Assembly: GCA_021802655.1 (NCBI GenBank)
Contig: JAJZRP010000003.1
Location: 1,024 to 65,023, forward strand
Direction: 5' to 3'
Length of the DNA: 64,000 bases
Source of the DNA: Pseudomonadota bacterium
Lineage (GTDB): Bacteria; Pseudomonadota; Gammaproteobacteria; Burkholderiales; JABEVD01
Shown: positions 23,280-32,850 of the stretch, piece by piece
Position numbering within the stretch: position 1 is the first letter of the stretch
Layout of the letters: each line of letters opens with the position of its first letter
The notes under the pieces: generated by a model
What the model saw: the letters and a program-made list of their open reading frames with translations, nothing else
The model's database searches: none
Told to the model about the DNA's origin: nothing
Position numbers and translations under genes: made by a program

Positions 23280-24502
23280 GACAGAGAGGTGTCACGATCC
23301 TGCTGCTCCTGCTGATCGTCGTGACGATGGGAGTGGCTTATTTTCTGACGGGTTCGGTGAGCATTGCCAGGCAAAAAATTGAAAATGACAAAAGAACTGC
23401 TCAAGCGCTTGCGCAGGCAAAGGATGCGCTGATCGGGTTTGCCATAACCTATGGCGATACGCATCACGGAAATGTGGAAGGTTATCTTCCCTGCCCCGAC
23501 AGGTCGGGGACGGCCATAGGCGGTGAAGGCGGCGCAGAAGGAAATTGCGGGGCCGAGAATGTCAGCATACTCGGAAGGCTGCCTTGGAAGACGCTGGGCT
23601 TGCCTCCGTTGAAAGATGGCAATGGGAATTGTCTGTGGTATGCCGTGTCTGGAACTTATAAATACAACCCTAAAACCGATCTCATGAACTGGGACAATAA
23701 CGGATTATTCCAGGTTGTGGCATCCGACGGGATTAGCTTCCTTACGGGTTCGACTCCCGACAATCAGGCTGTGGCAGTCATTTTTGCGCCAGGGGCGGCC
23801 ATGGGAAGTCAGAGTCATGCTTCGGTATCGGGCACGCCAACCTGTGGGGGAAATTACATTGCATCCAATTATCTGGATAACGATCCGGTTCACGGCATCA
23901 ATAACGCGGCTGTTTCTCCGATTGCGAATGCGGTGACTCGGTTTGTCGCCGGCCCGGTCGGGAATATCTCGGGCAATGAGATCGTGAACGATCGTGTGAT
24001 TTTTATCACCAGAAGCGATCTGTTCAATGCCATAAAGAAACGCAAAGACTTCGAAGGGTTCGTAAACGGGTTACTCACAGATGCCATATCGAATCTGTCC
24101 ACCCTTCCTGCGCCTGGAGCCATCAATTTTTCGACTTCGCCAGTGACTGAAACAGCCGGCGGTACCATTGTGGGGAGTCTCAATATCGGGAGAGTTCCCG
24201 GGGTGTCCGCTACCGGCAATTATTCCTTGGAAAATTGGCAGGACAATTTGCTTTATGCGAGATGCACTTCCGGTTTTGCCTGCCTCACTGTCAATGCTGT
24301 GCCATGCAGGGGGGTGGTGATTTTTTCGGGAGAAAGAGAGGCTTCCCAAGACAGGGGCACCAATGCGCAGAAAAACGATTGGAGCAACTATTTGGAGAGC
24401 GCCGTATATAGGGCTTTCACTACGGGAGACGTTTTTTTCTCGGGCGCTCAAGCGTACTCGACGACTTCAACTTCAACGGATTTGTTGGCCTGTATCCCAT
24501 GA
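23276..24502 (+). CDS. Large PilX/GspK-like minor pilin (no Glu5)
   Basis: MRQRG|VTILLLLLIVV class III-like signal lacking E5; ALAQAKDALIGFA and LPCPD; several Cys. Confidence 0.7.
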   Translation: MRQRGVTILLLLLIVVTMGVAYFLTGSVSIARQKIENDKRTAQALAQAKDALIGFAITYGDTHHGNVEGYLPCPDRSGTAIGGEGGAEGNCGAENVSILGRLPWKTLGLPPLKDGNGNCLWYAVSGTYKYNPKTDLMNWDNNGLFQVVASDGISFLTGSTPDNQAVAVIFAPGAAMGSQSHASVSGTPTCGGNYIASNYLDNDPVHGINNAAVSPIANAVTRFVAGPVGNISGNEIVNDRVIFITRSDLFNAIKKRKDFEGFVNGLLTDAISNLSTLPAPGAINFSTSPVTETAGGTIVGSLNIGRVPGVSATGNYSLENWQDNLLYARCTSGFACLTVNAVPCRGVVIFSGEREASQDRGTNAQKNDWSNYLESAVYRAFTTGDVFFSGAQAYSTTSTSTDLLACIP

Positions 24503-25272
24503 CTTATACAGGGGATTTAAACCAACAAGCTGGATTCACCCTTATCGAAATCGCGGTGGTATTGGTGGTCATTGCCTTGCTGCTCGGGGGATTGTTAGTG
24601 CCCCTGACCGCCCAGATCGACCTGCAAAAGATAAGAGAAACCCAAAATTCTCTTGATGAGATCAGAGAGGCACTCATTGGCTATGCCATCATCAATGGGA
24701 GGCTGCCTTGCCCGGCAGACGGCACTATCCCGACCGGACAGACCAACTCTGCCGGTGTGGCCGCCGGTCAGGAGTACAGGAACCCTGTTGCCGGTTCGCC
24801 CTATGCTTGTGCCAATGTGGTCGGCAATGTCGCAGTGGGCGTGCTGCCCTGGGTTACATTGGGAGTCAAGGAAACTGATGCCTGGGCGCGGCGTTACACC
24901 TATGAAGTCACGGCGACCTGGGCGGACAGCAAGGATGGTACGGGATTATCAAGCTGCAGTGTGGTGAATGGCGTTTCCTTCCAATTGTGCTCAAATGCAA
25001 ACCTGGACATCTTGTCCACAGTCGGCGGAACCAGCATCGCTGCCAATATCCCAGCAGTCGTCGTTTCACACGGCAAGAATGGTTTTGGTGCGTACACACC
25101 AAACGGTGGCGCGCGCTTGGGCACGAGCAGGGATGCTGATGAAGCAGAAAACAGTAATGGCGATGTTAATTTCGTTTCCAAGCCAATGACACCGACTTTC
25201 GATGATATCGAGATATGGGTATCGCCCAGCATCCTCATGAACTTGATGGTTCAGGCGGGAAGACTGCCTTGA
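24499..25272 (+). CDS. Prepilin-type N-terminal cleavage/methylation protein (minor pilin)
   Basis: QQAG|FTLIEIAVVLVVIALLLGG; GRLPCPA and DAWARRY. Confidence 0.85.
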   Translation: MTYTGDLNQQAGFTLIEIAVVLVVIALLLGGLLVPLTAQIDLQKIRETQNSLDEIREALIGYAIINGRLPCPADGTIPTGQTNSAGVAAGQEYRNPVAGSPYACANVVGNVAVGVLPWVTLGVKETDAWARRYTYEVTATWADSKDGTGLSSCSVVNGVSFQLCSNANLDILSTVGGTSIAANIPAVVVSHGKNGFGAYTPNGGARLGTSRDADEAENSNGDVNFVSKPMTPTFDDIEIWVSPSILMNLMVQAGRLP

Positions 25273-26024
25273 TGACGATCGCCCGCTATACCCTGATTGA
25301 AGCCCTGCGCAGCAAGGTCTTGTGGCTTGCGCTCCTGCTCGCCGTTCTGGGATTCGGTTTTTCGCTGTTTTTGCAGCAGATTGCAGTCACTGAAAGCAGG
25401 CAAATCCAGTCCGGGGCGCTGGCGATGATTTACAGGCTGGGCGCGGTTTTCATCCTGTGTTCGTTCGTCGTGTCCGGCATGCTGCGCGATTACCACGACA
25501 AGGCTCTTGAATTTTTTCTCGCCATGCCGATGAGCAGGGCCAGCTATGGCTTCGGCAAACTTTCGGGTTATGCGGCCTGTTCCCTGATCCTGTCCATTCT
25601 GCTGTGCATTCCCCTGCTGTGGAGCAATGCGGCAGGTACGGTACTGCTCTGGGGAGTTTCGCTTTTCCTGGAACTCGTTCTGATGAGTTCGGTCAGCTTC
25701 TTTTTCGCGATCACGCTCACCCAGATGCCTTCCGCTCTTGCCGCGGCCTTCGGCTTTTACCTGCTTTCGCGCGCCATGGGTACGCTCATCCTGATCGTGA
25801 ACGGGCCTCTCGCAGGGCATGATTTGCTCCGGAGAATAGGGAGCATGGTCCTTTCGGCCATCGGTTTTTTGCTGCCCAGGCTGGACGAATTCACCCGCAC
25901 TGCATGGCTGGTCTACCCTGGTTCAGACTGGCATGAACTCCTTTCTGTCGCGGCTCAAACAGCCATTTATTCGGTTTTGATATCGAGCGCTGCGCTTTTC
26001 GATTTTTACAGGAGGGAGCTGTGA
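25272..26024 (+). CDS. ABC-2 type permease (PilI-like)
   Basis: IARYTLIEALRSK and LAMPMSRASY..GK; about six TM segments; ATG at 25272. Confidence 0.78.
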   Translation: MTIARYTLIEALRSKVLWLALLLAVLGFGFSLFLQQIAVTESRQIQSGALAMIYRLGAVFILCSFVVSGMLRDYHDKALEFFLAMPMSRASYGFGKLSGYAACSLILSILLCIPLLWSNAAGTVLLWGVSLFLELVLMSSVSFFFAITLTQMPSALAAAFGFYLLSRAMGTLILIVNGPLAGHDLLRRIGSMVLSAIGFLLPRLDEFTRTAWLVYPGSDWHELLSVAAQTAIYSVLISSAALFDFYRREL

Positions 26025-26695
26025 ACCGGATTGGCGTCATTCTGGCTTCGGCGCTCATGCTCCAGTTGCTTTGGCACGCCGCCATGCCCTGGGAAGGCGC
26101 CAGGGCGCAGGCGCTGCAGAGTCCGCCGGCGCTGACCGCATTGCGCCTGGCAAGCCTGGACGAATCGGTCATGGCTTCGAGATTCGTGATGCTCTATCTC
26201 CAGGCCTTCGACATTCAGCCTGGCGTCATCATTCCCTATCGAGACCTCGACTACGGCATCGTTCAAAAATGGCTGGAAGCGAGCCTGGATCTCGACACAA
26301 GCGACAAGTATCCTCTGTTCGCAGCGACCTATTTCTATGCGGGCGTGAAGGACGAAAGGAAAACCCGGAGCATGCTCGATTTCATTTCCAGGGAATTTTT
26401 GAGTGATCCTGAAGGGAGATGGCCGTGGCTGGCAAGCGGGGCATTGATCGCCAAATACGAATTGCACGATTTGCCGCTTGCGCTCGAGTATTCCGAGGCG
26501 TTACGGAAAGACGCGACAGGGGCGCCCAACTGGGTGCGGGAAATGTCGATATTCACGCTGGCAGACATGAACCGGTTGGACGCTGCGAAAATAGTGCTCG
26601 GCGGACTGCTTGTCGACGGCAGGATAAAAGACCCGAACGAGATCGCTTTCCTGAAGAGGCGGCTTGATCGCATCGGCAGGTTTTCCGGCCGGTGA
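26021..26695 (+). CDS. Membrane-anchored helical protein (PilG-like, inferred)
   Basis: N-terminal TM then helical repeats (LD..KYP..AA..Y, RWPW, DLPLALEY, GAPNW); GTG overlaps the permease stop. Confidence 0.55.
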   Translation: MNRIGVILASALMLQLLWHAAMPWEGARAQALQSPPALTALRLASLDESVMASRFVMLYLQAFDIQPGVIIPYRDLDYGIVQKWLEASLDLDTSDKYPLFAATYFYAGVKDERKTRSMLDFISREFLSDPEGRWPWLASGALIAKYELHDLPLALEYSEALRKDATGAPNWVREMSIFTLADMNRLDAAKIVLGGLLVDGRIKDPNEIAFLKRRLDRIGRFSGR

Positions 26696-26756
26696 GCAGA
26701 AGATTTCGCATATGCTATGGTGAAAATGAATGCAATTTCTATGAACAGGGGAAATC

Positions 26757-27458
26757 ATGAAAACGTCGGGGCAAGGGGGGTTCACTTTGGTGGAGATCGC
26801 CATTGTGCTGGTGATCGTGGGGCTGCTGCTGGCTGCCGTAATGAAGGGCCAGGAAATGGTTACGCAGGGCAAGATCAAGGGCACGATATCCGACTTCAAC
26901 AGCGTGCTGACTGCCTACAACGGCTACCAGGACCGCTACAAGGCGATTCCCGGTGACGATTCGGGCGCGGCAGCGCGCTGGCCAACCGGCGCATTCGGCA
27001 CGGATTCGGTCGCTGCGGTGAATGGAAACGGGGACGGCGTGATCGCCGGATTGTATTCGGCCAACCTGGGGGCGGATGCTGCGCCGACAGCAACCCAGGA
27101 AAGCAATCTTTTCTGGCAGCATTTGCGCGCTGCAGGTTTCTATGCCGGGATACAGACCGGAAACGGGAGCGGAACCCTCCCCACCAATTCCGTCGGCGGC
27201 ACCATCGGCGTCGAAAACGACACGACCAGTACGGCCGGCATCAGAATGGGCGGCATACTGATTTGCCTCACCAGCATTCCGGAGAAAATCGCCACTGCCG
27301 TCGACAGGCAGATCGACGACGGCGATGCGACCATGGGATCGGTGCGCAGCCTCGCCATTGCTTCTGCAACGCCAGTGGTGCTTCCCGTGCTGACATCCGC
27401 TTCGCCAGTCGCCTACGTCTCCGGCAGCAGCTACGTGATGTGCCGTTCGGTCCTCTGA
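26757..27458 (+). CDS. Type IV pilin-like protein 1
   Basis: GQGG|FTLVEIAIVLVIVGLLL; YQDRYKAIPGDD; two Cys. Confidence 0.88.
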   Translation: MKTSGQGGFTLVEIAIVLVIVGLLLAAVMKGQEMVTQGKIKGTISDFNSVLTAYNGYQDRYKAIPGDDSGAAARWPTGAFGTDSVAAVNGNGDGVIAGLYSANLGADAAPTATQESNLFWQHLRAAGFYAGIQTGNGSGTLPTNSVGGTIGVENDTTSTAGIRMGGILICLTSIPEKIATAVDRQIDDGDATMGSVRSLAIASATPVVLPVLTSASPVAYVSGSSYVMCRSVL

Positions 27459-27461
27459 AGC

Positions 27462-28145
27462 ATGCAAGCCAGGCATTCAGGTTTCACGCTGGTCGAGATC
27501 GCGATTGTTCTCGTGATCATCGGTTTGCTTCTTGGGGGGGTTCTGAAAGGGCAGGAAATGATCACGCAGGGCAGGATCAAGAATGCGATCATCGATTTTT
27601 CCGGCATCACTGCAGCCTATTATGCCTATCTGGACAGGTACAGGGCGCTTCCCGGCGACGACAGCCAGGCAGCCACCCGGTGGGGAACGTCGATTCTTCC
27701 CGGCGGAGAAAAGGGCGACGGAAACGGCGTGATCACCGGCCTCTACAATGCAACCGGCACCCCGCTCGCCGAATCGCAGATTTTCTGGATGCATCTCAGG
27801 GCGGCGGGGTTCGTGACGGGTTCCGCAGCTTCCCCCAAGCAGCCCGTCAATTCGGCAGGCGGCATAATCGGGGTGCAAACCGGGGATGGCGCAGCTTCCC
27901 CGACCGAAGTCCTGACCACCGACAGCCTTTCCGGGACTGGGATTTCGAGACTCATGATCTGCTCGTCGGGGCTTGCGGACAGGGTGGCTGCCGCAGTGGA
28001 TGCCCAACTCGACGACGGCATTCCCAAGACCGGGAGCCTCCGGGCGCAAAAAACCAAATCCCAGGACACGATAGAAAGCGCCGCCTATGCGCAGCCCTAT
28101 TCGGATACGGGATCGACTCCGTTCACGATCTGCAAGGTGCTCTAA
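27462..28145 (+). CDS. Type IV pilin-like protein 2 (paralog of the upstream gene)
   Basis: HSG|FTLVEIAIVLVIIGLLL; YLDRYRALPGDD; two Cys. Confidence 0.88.
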   Translation: MQARHSGFTLVEIAIVLVIIGLLLGGVLKGQEMITQGRIKNAIIDFSGITAAYYAYLDRYRALPGDDSQAATRWGTSILPGGEKGDGNGVITGLYNATGTPLAESQIFWMHLRAAGFVTGSAASPKQPVNSAGGIIGVQTGDGAASPTEVLTTDSLSGTGISRLMICSSGLADRVAAAVDAQLDDGIPKTGSLRAQKTKSQDTIESAAYAQPYSDTGSTPFTICKVL

Positions 28146-30112
28146 CCCTGGAGCAGCCCGATCTCGGCTGCGGCAAGACCGGCAGGCGTTCCTCTCAGGA
28201 CAACGACATCCCCCGCTTCCAGGACGGTTTCCGGAGAAGGGGCGAGTCCCCTGATGTTGCGCCTCCTGACTGCGGTGATGTCGACCGAGAAGCGGCCGAG
28301 ATCGATTTCGGCAAGGGATTTCCCGACGCACGCTGCGCCTTCCGGGATCATGACGCTGCGCAGGCGCAGCTGCAATGCCTCGCTTTGCTCGGATGCCTGG
28401 TCGGTGGTGCCCCTGAAATAGCCGCGGAATCCGCTGTAACGTTCTTCCCGGGTATCCCTGATGCGCTTCAATACCCTGTTGAGCGGCACGCCCAACAGGA
28501 GCAGGGCATGGGATGCGAGCATCATGCTGCCTTCCATGATTTCGGCGACGACTTCGGCTGCGCCTGCCTGCCTCAACTGATCCATTTCGGAGTCGTCCAG
28601 CGTCCTCACGATGACGGGAAGGTCCGGGCGCAGTTCGCGTGCATGGTTCAGGATGACGAGCGCCGAGTGCGCATCGGAATAAGCGACGACCAGCGCCTTC
28701 ACCCGAAGCAGTCCTGCGGCGAGAAGCACTTCCCTGCGGCTCGCATCCCCATAGACCACGTTCTCCCCCGCAGCTGCAGCTTCCCTGACGCGTTGCGGAT
28801 CATGGTCGAGGGCGATGAAGGGGATCGATTCCTGCTCCAGAAACCGCGCCAGCGTCTGGCCGCTGCGCCCGTAACCGCAGATGATGATCTGGGCGTCTGT
28901 TGCCATGGTCTGGACTGCGATTGTGTGCAGTTGCAGCGCACGGTGCATCCATTCGCCAGCCGAATAGCGCCTGACGACCTGATCGGATCGATCGATCAGG
29001 AAGGGAGCGGCGAGCATGGAAATCAGCATGGCGGCGAGGACGATCTGCAGGGTGGACTCGTTCACGAGGTGGAGATTGCTCGCCTGGGCAAGAAGCACGA
29101 AGCCGAACTCCCCTGCCTGTGCGAGATGAAGCCCGGTACGCAAGGCCACGCTCCAGTCGCGGTCGAAAAAATAGCTGAGTCCCGACACCAGGGCGAGCTT
29201 GAGGATGAAAAGCGCGGCAAGCACCAGCAGAACCCAGGGCAGTTCGCTCCACACCATCTTCAGATTGAGGAGCATGCCGATGGTGATGAAGAATAGTCCG
29301 AGCAGGACATCCCGGAAGGGCTTGATATCGTTCTCGACCTGGTAGCGGTATTCCGTTTCGGAAATGAGCATGCCTGCAAGAAAGGCGCCGAGAGCGAGCG
29401 ACAATCCTGCGGCGTTGGTGACATAGGCAAGCCCGAGCGTGATGAAGAGCACGTTGAGCATGAAAAGCTCGGACGATTTCTGCCTTGCGACCAGATGGAA
29501 CCAGGGGCGCATCATTTTCTGCCCGAGGAAAAGCAGGGCGGCGAGAACCAGCGCGCCTTTCAGCAGGGCGATGCCGAGTTCCATGGGAAGGTTTTGCGCC
29601 GGATGCGAAAGTGCCGGAATGATGAGGAGGAGCGGAACGACTGCGAGATCCTGGAAGAGCAGGATGCCGAAGATTTTCCTGCCGTGGGCCGAATGAAGCT
29701 CCTGCCGCTCGGCCATCAGCTTGCTGACGATCGCGGTCGAGGACATCGATAGCGCACCGCCCAGGGCCAGCCCGATGCGCCAGTCGATTCCGAGGGCAAG
29801 GGCTGCGAGCAGGGTAACGACAATGGCCAGCATGACCTGGGTGAACCCGAGCCCGAAAACGATGCGCCTCATGGTGAGCAGCTTGGGCAGGCTGAATTCG
29901 AGGCCGATGCTGAACATCAGGAAGACGATGCCGAATTCGGCAAGATAGCGGGTTTCAGCCGTGTCCGGAATCAGCCCCAGGGCATGGGGGCCTGCCAGGA
30001 TGCCGACCAGCAGGTAGGCGAGCATCTGCGGCAGATGCGCTATGCGGAAAAGCGCCACGACCAGAACGCTGGATGCCAGCAAAACGATAACGAGCGGCAG
30101 GATGTCATGCAT
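28142..30112 (-). CDS. CPA2-family K+/H+ antiporter (Kef-like) with TrkA-N and TrkA-C domains
   Basis: FSIGLEFS, ILLFQDLAVV, LAQAGEFGFV, ICGYGRSGQ and YGDA; RBS GGAGG upstream of ATG 30112. Confidence 0.92.
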   Translation of the reverse strand: MHDILPLVIVLLASSVLVVALFRIAHLPQMLAYLLVGILAGPHALGLIPDTAETRYLAEFGIVFLMFSIGLEFSLPKLLTMRRIVFGLGFTQVMLAIVVTLLAALALGIDWRIGLALGGALSMSSTAIVSKLMAERQELHSAHGRKIFGILLFQDLAVVPLLLIIPALSHPAQNLPMELGIALLKGALVLAALLFLGQKMMRPWFHLVARQKSSELFMLNVLFITLGLAYVTNAAGLSLALGAFLAGMLISETEYRYQVENDIKPFRDVLLGLFFITIGMLLNLKMVWSELPWVLLVLAALFILKLALVSGLSYFFDRDWSVALRTGLHLAQAGEFGFVLLAQASNLHLVNESTLQIVLAAMLISMLAAPFLIDRSDQVVRRYSAGEWMHRALQLHTIAVQTMATDAQIIICGYGRSGQTLARFLEQESIPFIALDHDPQRVREAAAAGENVVYGDASRREVLLAAGLLRVKALVVAYSDAHSALVILNHARELRPDLPVIVRTLDDSEMDQLRQAGAAEVVAEIMEGSMMLASHALLLLGVPLNRVLKRIRDTREERYSGFRGYFRGTTDQASEQSEALQLRLRSVMIPEGAACVGKSLAEIDLGRFSVDITAVRRRNIRGLAPSPETVLEAGDVVVLRGTPAGLAAAEIGLLQG

Positions 30113-30191
30113 GGTGCGAACAGCCTCCCTTGCCGAGGGACGGCGGACAATCAATACGGATTTTGCTCAAACCTTTTCCCCATGCGACTTC

Positions 30192-30200
30192 TGGTATAAT
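30192..30200 (+). promoter_or_regulatory. Extended -10 sigma-70 promoter (TGGTATAAT) for the kdsD operon
   Basis: Perfect TGnTATAAT ending 7 nt before the kdsD ATG. Confidence 0.6.
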
Positions 30201-30207
30201 TCCCTAC

Positions 30208-31194
30208 ATGATACCTCAATCCAACAGAGACTTTTCGGTGCTCGAGATCGCGGCAGAAGTGCTGGAAATCGAATCGAAGGCGGTGATGGGCCTGACCAGG
30301 CGACTGGATCACCGTTTCGTTCAGGCAGTGGACATGATCCTCGGCTGCAGCGGGCGAGTCGTGGTGAGCGGGATGGGGAAGTCGGGGCATGTCGGGCGGA
30401 AGATCGCCTCCACCCTTGCCAGCACCGGAACACCGGCATTTTTCGTGCATCCTGCGGAAGCAAGCCACGGCGATCTCGGCATGATCACGAAGCAGGATGT
30501 TTTCGTCGCGCTTTCCAATTCGGGCGAAAGCGCAGAACTGCTTTCCATCATTCCCCTCATCAAGCGCCAGGGCGCAAAATTGATATCCATGACTGGGAAC
30601 CCGGCTTCTTCCCTGGCGGTCGAGGCGGATGTTCATCTCGATGCAGGTGTCGACAAGGAAGCCTGTCCCCTGGGGCTTGCCCCGACGGCGAGTACCACCG
30701 CGGCGCTGGCCCTGGGAGATGCTCTGGCGGTGACGCTTCTGGTGGAGCGGGGATTCAGCGCAGAGGATTTTGCCATGTCGCATCCGGGCGGCTCGCTCGG
30801 AATCAGGCTCCTGACCCATGTCAGGGATGTCATGCGCAAGGATGGCGCCGTTCCAGTCGTGTCGAGCAACGCTTTTTTGTCGGAGGCGCTCCTTGAAATG
30901 TCGAAGAAGGGGATGGGGATGACTGCAGTTGTCGATGACCAGAATCGCGTGACTGGAATCTATACGGACGGCGACCTGAGGCGCACCCTTGAGAACGAAA
31001 TAGACTTCCGGAAAACCCCGGTCGCATCGATCATGACGAGAAACCCCAGGACGATTTCTGCCGACCGCCTTGCAGCGGAGGCGGTGCAGTTCATGGAACA
31101 ATTCAAGATCACTCAGCTTCTCGTCGTCGATTCGGATGCGAAGCTGGTGGGTGCACTCAACATGCACGATCTGCTGCGTGCCAAGGTGATCTGA
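30208..31194 (+). CDS. kdsD: Arabinose-5-phosphate isomerase (KpsF/GutQ family)
   Basis: GMGKSGH, HPAEASHGDLG, APTASTT and HPGG, plus a CBS pair. Confidence 0.94.
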   Translation: MIPQSNRDFSVLEIAAEVLEIESKAVMGLTRRLDHRFVQAVDMILGCSGRVVVSGMGKSGHVGRKIASTLASTGTPAFFVHPAEASHGDLGMITKQDVFVALSNSGESAELLSIIPLIKRQGAKLISMTGNPASSLAVEADVHLDAGVDKEACPLGLAPTASTTAALALGDALAVTLLVERGFSAEDFAMSHPGGSLGIRLLTHVRDVMRKDGAVPVVSSNAFLSEALLEMSKKGMGMTAVVDDQNRVTGIYTDGDLRRTLENEIDFRKTPVASIMTRNPRTISADRLAAEAVQFMEQFKITQLLVVDSDAKLVGALNMHDLLRAKVI

Positions 31195-31716
31195 TTGGAC
31201 GATATCCTGGCGAGGGCGAAGCGGATTCGCCTGGCGATATTCGATGTGGACGGCGTGTTGACAGACGGCAGGCTTTACCTTTCCGATTCGGGGGAGGAAA
31301 TGAAGGCGTTCGACACCCAGGACGGGCATGGCATGAAAATGCTGCAGGCCTCCGGAGTCGAGATTGCCATCATCACGGGAAGGACTTCGCGCTGCGTCGA
31401 ACTGCGTGCAAAAAACCTGGGGATTTCCCTGCTTTTTCAGGGGGCATCCGACAAACTGCTGGTCTACCGGGATTTGATGGCGTCCCTGGGGCTCGATCCT
31501 GCAGAAACCGCATACATGGGAGACGATCTTGTCGACTTGCCGGTGTTGAGGCGATGCGGGTTCGCGCTTGCCGTGCCCGATGCACCGGATATCGTCAGGC
31601 AGCATGCGCATTACGTGACAAGAAAACGGGGAGGGCGCGGCGCAGTGCGCGAAGCATGCGAATTTCTGATGCGGATGCAGGGCAAATTCGATGAGCATCT
31701 TGCCGGGTATTGGTGA
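31195..31716 (+). CDS. kdsC: KDO-8-phosphate phosphatase
   Basis: FDVDGVLTDG, IITGR and MGDDLVD. Confidence 0.94.
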   Translation: MDDILARAKRIRLAIFDVDGVLTDGRLYLSDSGEEMKAFDTQDGHGMKMLQASGVEIAIITGRTSRCVELRAKNLGISLLFQGASDKLLVYRDLMASLGLDPAETAYMGDDLVDLPVLRRCGFALAVPDAPDIVRQHAHYVTRKRGGRGAVREACEFLMRMQGKFDEHLAGYW

Positions 31717-32279
31717 TGTCCGACCAGCTCAGGAAATGGTTCCCGGTCCTGTTTCTCCTGCTTCTGGCGGCGCTTTCCTACTGGCTGGAGAACAAGGTCA
31801 AATTTGCCGCCCTGTCGGATGCTTCCAAAAGGCACATACCTGACGCTATTGTGGAAAATTTCACTGCGACGAAATTCGGCCTTGACGGCAAGCCGCGCCA
31901 GACCCTGTCGGCGCAGGTATTGTTTCATTTTCTGGACGATAGCAGTTCCAAACTGATCGAACCCCATCTTCTGCTGGTCTCCCCGGGGCAGGCGAACATC
32001 CGTGTAAGATCAAACTGGGCATGGCTTTCCGAAAACGGCGAAGATGTCTATTTGCACGACAAGGTAGAGGTGATTCGAGAGGCTTATGGTGTGCACAGCA
32101 AGATGGACATGACAACAGAGTATCTCCACTTGAATGCGGACAAGCATGAGGGGGAGACGAATCTGCCGGTCAGGATACAGGATCCGAAAACGGATGTTCA
32201 TGCCGTCGGCATGACTTTCAACGACGAGACGAGAGTGGTCAATCTGCTCTCCCATGTGCATGTGGATTATGAAAAATAG
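31716..32279 (+). CDS. lptC: LPS export protein LptC
   Basis: N-terminal TM and beta-jellyroll-like periplasmic part; synteny kdsC-lptC-lptA-lptB. Confidence 0.88.
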   Translation: MSDQLRKWFPVLFLLLLAALSYWLENKVKFAALSDASKRHIPDAIVENFTATKFGLDGKPRQTLSAQVLFHFLDDSSSKLIEPHLLLVSPGQANIRVRSNWAWLSENGEDVYLHDKVEVIREAYGVHSKMDMTTEYLHLNADKHEGETNLPVRIQDPKTDVHAVGMTFNDETRVVNLLSHVHVDYEK

Positions 32280-32850
32280 GCATCTGTTCGTGGCGTTCGC
32301 GCTTCTTTTGCAGACGATGCCTGCCGTTGCAGAAAAGGCCGACAGGGACAAGCCGATTCACATCGATGCAGACAGGGTCGAGATCGATGATGCGAAAAAG
32401 ATCAACACGTTCTACGGCAATGTCGTCCTGACGCAGGGAACCCTGGTCATCAAGGCGGACAAGGCTGTCGTGACCCAGGATGCTGCAGGGAACCGGCATG
32501 CCACTGCCTATTCCGGGGAGCATCCCGTTTATTTCAGGCAGAAACGCGAAGGCTACGACGAATATATCGAAGGGGAAGGCGACAGAGGTGAATACGACAG
32601 CAAAACCGATACTGTGGAGCTCTTCGGCAACGCCCATGTCAAACGGGGGAAGGATACCGTGAAAGGGAACTATATTTCCTACAATTCGAACACCGACTTT
32701 TTCCGGAGCGAAGGAGGGGCGAAGACGCCGACGGGAAGAGTGCATGCCGTGATTCAGCCCAAGAAAAAGGAGGGGCAAAAAGCATCATCCCCGGTATCTC
32801 CTGCCATTATTCGGCCTTCCGATACGCTCGAAAGCCCCCCGCAGCAATGA
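32269..32850 (+). CDS. lptA: LPS transport periplasmic protein LptA
   Basis: [24 protein letters not shown] and GRVHAVIQP. Confidence 0.93.
   Translation: MKNRHLFVAFALLLQTMPAVAEKADRDKPIHIDADRVEIDDAKKINTFYGNVVLTQGTLVIKADKAVVTQDAAGNRHATAYSGEHPVYFRQKREGYDEYIEGEGDRGEYDSKTDTVELFGNAHVKRGKDTVKGNYISYNSNTDFFRSEGGAKTPTGRVHAVIQPKKKEGQKASSPVSPAIIRPSDTLESPPQQ

Noticed and set aside
26718..26734. Possible sigma-54 promoter (TGG...TGCA) before the tandem pilins
   Set aside because: The GG-to-GC spacing is 11 nt rather than the required 10, and the TGGCAC core is absent.
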